Shown piece by piece: positions 48,080-53,855 of a stretch of 53,855 bases of DNA; the first letter of the stretch is position 1; every line of letters begins with the position of its first letter. The notes under the pieces were generated by a model. That model searched no databases. It was not told the origin of the DNA and saw only the letters and a program-made list of their open reading frames with translations. The translations under genes and the position numbers were made by a program. This DNA comes from Acidimicrobiaceae bacterium (lineage in GTDB: Bacteria > Actinomycetota > Acidimicrobiia > Acidimicrobiales > Bog-793): NCBI GenBank assembly GCA_027306925.1, contig DAHUXW010000100.1, positions 1-53,855 on the forward strand, given 5' to 3'.

Positions 48080-49195
48080 CTAAGCGGTCACGTGCGCTGC
48101 GGCGCCGGAGGCGAGCCTCACCTCGAGCACGCTGTCGAGGGGAGCGAGCGGTCCGGTCGTCTCGCCGCCGACGAGCCACGCGCGGCCGCCGAGCACGACC
48201 GCGCCGGCGTCGCTCCTCGGATAGCGGAGCGTGCCGGCCGCGGCGACCGCGCCGGTCTTCGGGTTCACGCGCCACATGTGGCTCGAGAGTGCCGTTCCGG
48301 TGCGCCCCCCGAGCACGTAGATCTCGCCGCCAAGCACGACCGCGCTCGCGTGCCCGAGGGTGACCGGGAGGTGCCCGACCACGACGGTCCGGCCGGTCTG
48401 CGGGTCGAAGCGCTGGATGTCGCTCGTCTGGCTGCTCGCGCTGTTCTGCCCCGCCCCGGTGTCGCCTCCGACGACCCACACGTCACCCGCGGCCGCGGCG
48501 ACCGCGCCGTAACGGACCGGCTGGACGAGCCGGCCGACCTGGCGGAACCGGACTCCGTCCGAGGTCTCGAGGATCGACGACTCGAGCGCGGCGCCGTCGT
48601 AGCCGCCGACGACGTACGCCCGCCCGGCGAGCACCGTCGCGGACAGGTCCGAGCGGGGCGCCGGGAGCGAGCCGACCGTCGCTGCGCTCGCGGCCCGAGG
48701 CGACCACGCCTGGACCGTGGCGACCGTCGAGTACGAGCCGCCGCCGAACACGAACGCGCGGTGGTCGACGAACGCGCCCGCCGCGTCGTGCACCGCGGAC
48801 GAGAGGGATCCCGCACGCGTCGTCGACCCGTTCGCGAGGTCGACGGTCCAGATGTCGGACGTGGACGTGTCGCCGGTCGCGAGCCCGCCGAGGATGACGA
48901 GCCCGCCGCCGTACGGGACGACGACCGCGCGCGACACCGGCGCGCCGAGATGCCAGGGAGCGAGAAGGACCGCGAGGTGCTCGGCCGGTGCGCGCGTGCC
49001 CGTCGCCGCAGTGCCGGCGCGCGTCGCCGCAGTGCCGGCGCGCGTCGGGGCGGCGGCGCCACCACCACCGGTCGCGGCGCGCACGCCGAGCGCGACCACC
49101 ACGGCGGTGCCGAGGAGCGCGGCCCAGCGCCGCACGAGCACGCCCGTCGGAGGGCGCCGGCGAGCACGTGACGGCCCGCGTCCGTGGTCCACCAT
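48080..49195 (-). CDS. Membrane-anchored Kelch-repeat beta-propeller protein
   Basis: TM segment, then six repeats with GG dipeptides (ILGG, VFGG, VVGGY, VVGG, VLGG, LVGG). A 21-bp tandem duplication encodes TRAGTAA twice in the linker. Confidence 0.82.
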   Translation of the reverse strand: MVDHGRGPSRARRRPPTGVLVRRWAALLGTAVVVALGVRAATGGGGAAAPTRAGTAATRAGTAATGTRAPAEHLAVLLAPWHLGAPVSRAVVVPYGGGLVILGGLATGDTSTSDIWTVDLANGSTTRAGSLSSAVHDAAGAFVDHRAFVFGGGSYSTVATVQAWSPRAASAATVGSLPAPRSDLSATVLAGRAYVVGGYDGAALESSILETSDGVRFRQVGRLVQPVRYGAVAAAAGDVWVVGGDTGAGQNSASSQTSDIQRFDPQTGRTVVVGHLPVTLGHASAVVLGGEIYVLGGRTGTALSSHMWRVNPKTGAVAAAGTLRYPRSDAGAVVLGGRAWLVGGETTGPLAPLDSVLEVRLASGAAAHVTA

Positions 49196-49394
49196 CGCCC
49201 CGACGACCTCCCGTGTGCGCGCCCGCCGTCGCCGGCGACCGTGTGCCGGAGCACAGCGCCCCAGACGCCCTGGAGTGTAGGGACCCGGCGGCTGCGAGCG
49301 AGGGCGCGCCGGCGTGGGACTCGACCTCGAGAGCGCCCGCAGCCGCCCCCGGCATCTCGGCGTGCGCCCGGCCGCCGCGCGGGTACCGTTGGCC

Positions 49395-49928
49395 ATGGCT
49401 CGCTTCACGCTCCACGCGGTCGCGCCGAACCGGCCCGACGTCGTCGCGGCGGTCACCCAGTCGCTCGCGGACATCGGTTGCAACCTCGAGGACTCGCGCA
49501 TCTCGCTCCTTCACGGCCAGCTCTCGATCGTGCTCGCGCTCGAAGCGCTGGGGATCTCGGACGGCACGGCGGTCGAGGAGGCGCTCACCCCGCTGCTCGA
49601 GGAGCTCGCGCTCCAGCTATTCGTGCGCCCGATCCCCGACGGGGGGGACGACCTCGACCTCGGCAACCTCGTCGAGATCTCGGTGCGCGGTGCGGACCGG
49701 CCCGGGACGGTCGCCCGCGTCGCCCGCGCGGTGGCGGCCGCGGGGGGGAGCATCGTCGACCTCGCCGGCCAGGTGGTCGCGCAGGACACGGCGAGCCCGT
49801 CGCGCCTCGAGATCACCGCCGCGCTGGCCCCGCAGGCCGTGCCTCGCCTGCGCGCCGCGCTCGAGGACGTCGCGACGGACCTGGGCGTGACCTGGGACGT
49901 CCGCGAGCGATCCGGCCGCGCGACCTAG
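49395..49928 (+). CDS. Tandem ACT-domain protein (GcvR-like)
   Basis: NRPDVVAAVT..GCNLEDSR and GADRPGTVARVA. Leaderless TACCGT-N5-ATG. Confidence 0.85.
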   Translation: MARFTLHAVAPNRPDVVAAVTQSLADIGCNLEDSRISLLHGQLSIVLALEALGISDGTAVEEALTPLLEELALQLFVRPIPDGGDDLDLGNLVEISVRGADRPGTVARVARAVAAAGGSIVDLAGQVVAQDTASPSRLEITAALAPQAVPRLRAALEDVATDLGVTWDVRERSGRAT

Positions 49929-50008
49929 GCCCGCCACGGTGCGGCCGCCCGCCGGCCGAGGCCGCGCGTGGCAGTGCGCGTGCGAGAATGGCAGTGAGGA
50001 GGTGCGAT

Positions 50009-51067
50009 ATGCGCATCGCGATCGTCGCACCACCGTGGCTTCCAGTGCCACCAGGCGGCTACGGCGGGACGGAAGCGGTGCTCGACACGCTCGCGCGCGG
50101 GCTGGTCGCCCGCGGCCACGACGTCCTTCTCTGCACGACGGGGGACAGCACCTGCCCAGTCGAGCGGACCTGGGTGTTCAGCTCCGCGCTCGGCATCGGC
50201 ACGGGCGGGAGCGTCTCGGAGATCCGTCACGTGATCCACGCGTACGACCAGGCCGCCGGATCGGACATCGTCCACGACCACACGCTCGTCGGACCTCTCT
50301 ACTCGGCCGCGATGCCCGGTCTGCCCGTGGTCACTACGAACCACGGTCCGTTCGGGCCGGAGCTCATCGACTTCTACCGGGCAATCGCGCCGCGCGTCCC
50401 CGTGATCGCGATCTCCCGCCACCAGGCGTCGACCGCGATCGGCGTCGAGATCGCGGCGACGATCCACCACGGGATCGACGTCGACGAGTTCCCCGTCGGC
50501 CGGGGTGCAGGTGGCTACGCGCTCTTCCTCGGCCGGATGCACCCCGGCAAGGGCGTCGACGCCGCGGCCCGCGCGGCGCGCGCCGCGGGGGTCCCGCTGC
50601 GGATCGCGGGCAAGATGCGCGAACCCGACGAGATCGCGTACTTCGACGCGCAGGTGCGGCCGCTGCTCTCCAACGAGATCACCTACGTCGGCGAGGTCGA
50701 GCGCGACGAGAAGGTCGCGCTCCTGGGCGACGCGATGTGCCTGCTGAATCCCATCGTCTGGCCCGAGCCGTTCGGCATGGTGATGATCGAGGCGCTCGCG
50801 TGCGGAACGCCGGTCGTGACGACACGCTTCGGTGCGGCGCCCGAGATCGTCGACGACGGCGTCGTCGGCTACCTGTGCGACTCTGAGCCCGAGCTCGAGC
50901 GGTCGCTCCTGCGCGCGGGCGGGCTCGACCGCGCCGCCTGCCGGCGCCGCGTCGCCGAACGGTTCTCCGCCACGCGCATGGTCGACGAGCACGTCGCGCT
51001 CTACGAGCGGCTGCTCGACGGGCACCCGGGGACCCTCGCGGGCGCGTCGATGCGTGGCGCCGCGTGA
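50009..51067 (+). CDS. Glycosyltransferase family 4
   Basis: MRIAIVAPPW..PP.GYGGTE, FLGR...KG and WPEPFGMVMIEALACGTPV; AGGAGG SD. Confidence 0.93.
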   Translation: MRIAIVAPPWLPVPPGGYGGTEAVLDTLARGLVARGHDVLLCTTGDSTCPVERTWVFSSALGIGTGGSVSEIRHVIHAYDQAAGSDIVHDHTLVGPLYSAAMPGLPVVTTNHGPFGPELIDFYRAIAPRVPVIAISRHQASTAIGVEIAATIHHGIDVDEFPVGRGAGGYALFLGRMHPGKGVDAAARAARAAGVPLRIAGKMREPDEIAYFDAQVRPLLSNEITYVGEVERDEKVALLGDAMCLLNPIVWPEPFGMVMIEALACGTPVVTTRFGAAPEIVDDGVVGYLCDSEPELERSLLRAGGLDRAACRRRVAERFSATRMVDEHVALYERLLDGHPGTLAGASMRGAA

Positions 51068-51092
51068 GCCGGGCGCGGCGAGCACGGCACGG

Positions 51093-53225
51093 GTGAGCAC
51101 CGCCCGAACCTTCACCGGCGAGCCGACGGTCAGCGGCCTCGTCGGCGCGGTGACCCTCGTCGAGGGGAACTCGTTCGCGATCTCGTCACAGGGCGGCGAC
51201 ATCGAGCCCGGAAGTGCGCACGGCCTGTTCCACGCCGACACGCGATTCGTCTCCTGTTGGCGGCTTCGCGTCGACGGCGAGCCGCTGCAGGACCTCGCGG
51301 TCGTCCCGTTGGACCCGTTCGCGGCGACGTTCGTCGCGCGAGGTGTTCCGCACGATGGGCGGTCGGAGAGCACGATCCTCGTAACGCGCAGCCGGTTCGT
51401 CGGGAACGGCATGCGCGAGGACCTCGTCGTGCGGAACCTCGCGCACGCACCGGTCGAGGTCTCGATCGCGATCGACCTCGACACGGACTTCGCGCACATC
51501 TTCGAGGTGAAAGAGGGTCGCGTCCAGGCCCGCGGCGAGCACACGGTGCGCGCAGAGGACACCACGCTCACGTTCTCGAACGCCCACCGGGGCGTGACGC
51601 GCCGACTCGTCGTCGACTTCCCCCCGATGGCCGTCGTCACCTTGCGCCGCGCCACGATGGACGTGACGGTGCCGCCGCTCGGCGAGTGGCGCGCGTGCTT
51701 CGAGTTCCGCGCGGAGATCGACGACGAGCCGATCGACCTGCGCTACCGCTGCGGGGAGCCGGTCGAGCACTCGGAGCCCGTGACGCGCCTGCGCTCCTGG
51801 GAGCAGTCGGCGCCGCGGGTGAGGACGGGCCAGGAGGGTCTCGCGGCGACGTTCGACCAGAGCGTCCTCGACCTCGGGGCGCTGCGCATATTCGACCCGG
51901 ACGACGAGACCCGAGCGGTCGTCGCGGCTGGCGCCCCCTGGTTCATGACGCTGTTCGGCCGGGACTCCCTCTTCACGGGCCTGATGACACTCGCCGTCGA
52001 CCCGACGCTCGCGGAGGGGATCCTGCTCACGCTCGCGCGACTCCAAGGAGAGCGGGTCGACCCGGTGAGCGAGGAGGAGCCGGGAAAGATCCTCCACGAG
52101 ATCCGCCACGGGATCGCCGCGGGGGGCAACCGACGCAGCGGCTCCATCTACTACGGGTCGATCGACGCGACGCCGCTGTTCGTCGTGGTGCTCGGCGAGC
52201 TCTACCGATGGGGCGCGTCACCCGAGCTGATCGAGCGACTGCTTCCCCACGCGGACCGCGCGCTCGCGTGGGTCGACGAGTACGGCGACCGAGACGGCGA
52301 CGGGTTTGTCGAGTACGCGCGCTCGACTCCGGCGGGCCTCGCGAACCAGGGGTGGAAGGACTCCTTCGACGGCGTGAACTTCGCCGACGGCACGATCGCC
52401 GAGCCGCCGATCGCGCTGTGCGAGGTCCAGGGCTACGTCTACCGGGCGCTCTGCGCGCGAGCGGAGATCGCGCGCGGCGCCGGCGACGAGGCGACCGCGT
52501 CGCGGTGCGAGGCCCGCGCCGCCGCCCTGAAGGTCGCGTTCAACGAGCGCTTCTGGCTCGAGAACCGCGGCCACTTCGCGGTCGGCCTCGACCGGGACAA
52601 GCGCCCGATCGACGCGCTCACGTCCAACCTCGGCCACTGCCTGTGGACCGGAATCGTCGACGCGGACAAGGCGGCGTCGGTCGCGGTCCACCTGAGCGGT
52701 CCGGAGATGTTCACCGGGTGGGGCCTGCGAACCCTCGGTTCGTCCATGGGCGCGTACAACCCGGTGAGCTACCACAACGGCTCGGTGTGGCCCCACGACA
52801 GTGCGATCGGTGCCGCCGGGCTCATGCGCTACGGCTTCGTCGACGAGGCGCTCGCGGTCGCGCGCGGGGTGCTGCGCGTCGCCGAGGCCTTCGGCGGTCG
52901 CCTGCCCGAGCTGCTCTGCGGGTTCGCGGACGACGATTTCGAGCTCCCCGTCCGCTACCCGACCTCGTGCTCGCCCCAGGCATGGGCCTCGGCGACGCCG
53001 CACTGGCTCGTGCGCACGATCCTGCTCCAGCTCGACCCGGCGATCCCCGACGGGGTCGTCTGGCTCGCACCGCGCATACCGGACGACATCGGGCCGCTCG
53101 CGCTCGACAACGTGCCGCTCGCGGGCTCGCGCATCTCGATCGACGCCCTCGGGACGAGCGCGCGGGTCCACGGGTTGCCGAGCGGTCTCCGGGTGCACGC
53201 CGAGGTGCGTCCCCGCTTCACGTGA
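51093..53225 (+). CDS. Amylo-alpha-1,6-glucosidase / glycogen debranching family protein
   Basis: AGAPWFMTLFGRD, EEPGKILHE, YYGSIDATPLF, NQGWKDS, SYHNGSVWPHD and CSPQAW motifs. Confidence 0.92.
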   Translation: MSTARTFTGEPTVSGLVGAVTLVEGNSFAISSQGGDIEPGSAHGLFHADTRFVSCWRLRVDGEPLQDLAVVPLDPFAATFVARGVPHDGRSESTILVTRSRFVGNGMREDLVVRNLAHAPVEVSIAIDLDTDFAHIFEVKEGRVQARGEHTVRAEDTTLTFSNAHRGVTRRLVVDFPPMAVVTLRRATMDVTVPPLGEWRACFEFRAEIDDEPIDLRYRCGEPVEHSEPVTRLRSWEQSAPRVRTGQEGLAATFDQSVLDLGALRIFDPDDETRAVVAAGAPWFMTLFGRDSLFTGLMTLAVDPTLAEGILLTLARLQGERVDPVSEEEPGKILHEIRHGIAAGGNRRSGSIYYGSIDATPLFVVVLGELYRWGASPELIERLLPHADRALAWVDEYGDRDGDGFVEYARSTPAGLANQGWKDSFDGVNFADGTIAEPPIALCEVQGYVYRALCARAEIARGAGDEATASRCEARAAALKVAFNERFWLENRGHFAVGLDRDKRPIDALTSNLGHCLWTGIVDADKAASVAVHLSGPEMFTGWGLRTLGSSMGAYNPVSYHNGSVWPHDSAIGAAGLMRYGFVDEALAVARGVLRVAEAFGGRLPELLCGFADDDFELPVRYPTSCSPQAWASATPHWLVRTILLQLDPAIPDGVVWLAPRIPDDIGPLALDNVPLAGSRISIDALGTSARVHGLPSGLRVHAEVRPRFT

Positions 53226-53634
53226 CCCCGGAGACGGCCGGGAGCGCCGCACGAGCGACGGCCCCGACTCGGCGGACGGCTGCGACGGCCTCGACTTCGA
53301 CGAGCTCGTCGGGGTAGCCGAGGGTGGCAACTCCCAGCAGCGCTCGGGTCGTCGTGGTCGTCGAACGCGCCGCGCACGACGTTCCAGGCGGCGAGGAGGT
53401 CCTCGCGTCGGCTGCTCTCTCAGCCCAAGGCAACTCACTCGTTCCCGCGACTAGGTCGCTCGGAAGCTTCGTCGCGATGTCGCCGAGGCGTCCCACCACT
53501 GCCTCGCCTGCGAGGCGAAGCGGACGTTGGGCCGCCCGGCGATCCTGGCCGAGGGCCACCAGCGCGGCGGCCGCGTCGACGGCCTCGGCCAAGTCCTCCA
53601 GGAGGTCATCGAAGTTCCGGCGAGCGGCCATCAC
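53218..53634 (-). pseudogene. Truncated DUF86/HepT-like HEPN gene joined to a RidA-family C-terminal fragment
   Basis: HepT-like up to ELPWAE, with no RxxxxH motif; beyond ~53416 the DNA encodes SSRREDLLAAWNVVRGAFDDHD.PS / LLGVATLGYPDELVEVEAVA (Rid family) with a frameshift. Confidence 0.7.
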
Positions 53635-53855
53635 AGATCAATCGCCTCCTCGCTGATGCGGTGATGGCGCGGTCGGAGACCCCCGGTCGAGATCACATCG
53701 ACGGGTATCCCCAACAAGGCCTCCAGATCTTGGGTGAGCCCCACCTGATCGAGAAGCGACGCCTCCGCCTTGAAGTCAACGAGGAGGTCGACGTCGCTGG
53801 ACGGTCCGGCATCGCCTCGGGCAACGGACCCGAAGACCCGCACCCGCGACGCGTG
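53631..53855 (-). CDS. MNT (minimal nucleotidyltransferase) antitoxin, 5' end beyond the window
   Basis: VFGSVARG...SDVDLLV (GSx10DxD) and LGIPVDVI; 4-bp overlap with the HEPN gene start. Confidence 0.88.
   Translation of the reverse strand, partial: HASRVRVFGSVARGDAGPSSDVDLLVDFKAEASLLDQVGLTQDLEALLGIPVDVISTGGLRPRHHRISEEAIDL

Overview
Very GC-rich bacterial DNA with actinobacterial gene content and many leaderless promoters; Acidimicrobiia-like origin is an inference. From left to right: (1) tRNA-Asp and tRNA-Phe, then a ~1.2 kb integrase-less island remnant closed by a duplicated tRNA-Phe 3' half and carrying toxin-antitoxin debris. (2) About 16 kb of metabolic and housekeeping genes: PLP decarboxylase, FAD oxidoreductase, patatin, MFS/LysR pair, LOG, SDR, MprF-like protein, DUF3048, purF and PHP. 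(3) A lipid-carrier glycan cluster (initiating phosphoglycosyltransferase, 2 GT2, 2 GT4, Wzx flippase, O-antigen-ligase/TPR protein) that ends right against a complete monoderm type IV pilus locus: pilA, three very large minor pilins, pilO, a pilM-pilN fusion, pilC, an N-terminally extended pilT, pilB, pilD and a second pilT. (4) A DosR/DosS-like hypoxia module whose usp gene string runs into the second pilT. (5) A decayed aldo-keto reductase, a Kelch protein, an ACT protein, a GT4/glucosidase pair and a broken MNT-HEPN pair. The best candidate for an undescribed system is en-bloc, oligosaccharyltransferase-type pilin glycosylation in an actinobacterium, attached to a pilus with unusual motor architecture and possible oxygen-sensor control of retraction. 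All family calls come from motif recognition by eye; no database search was run.
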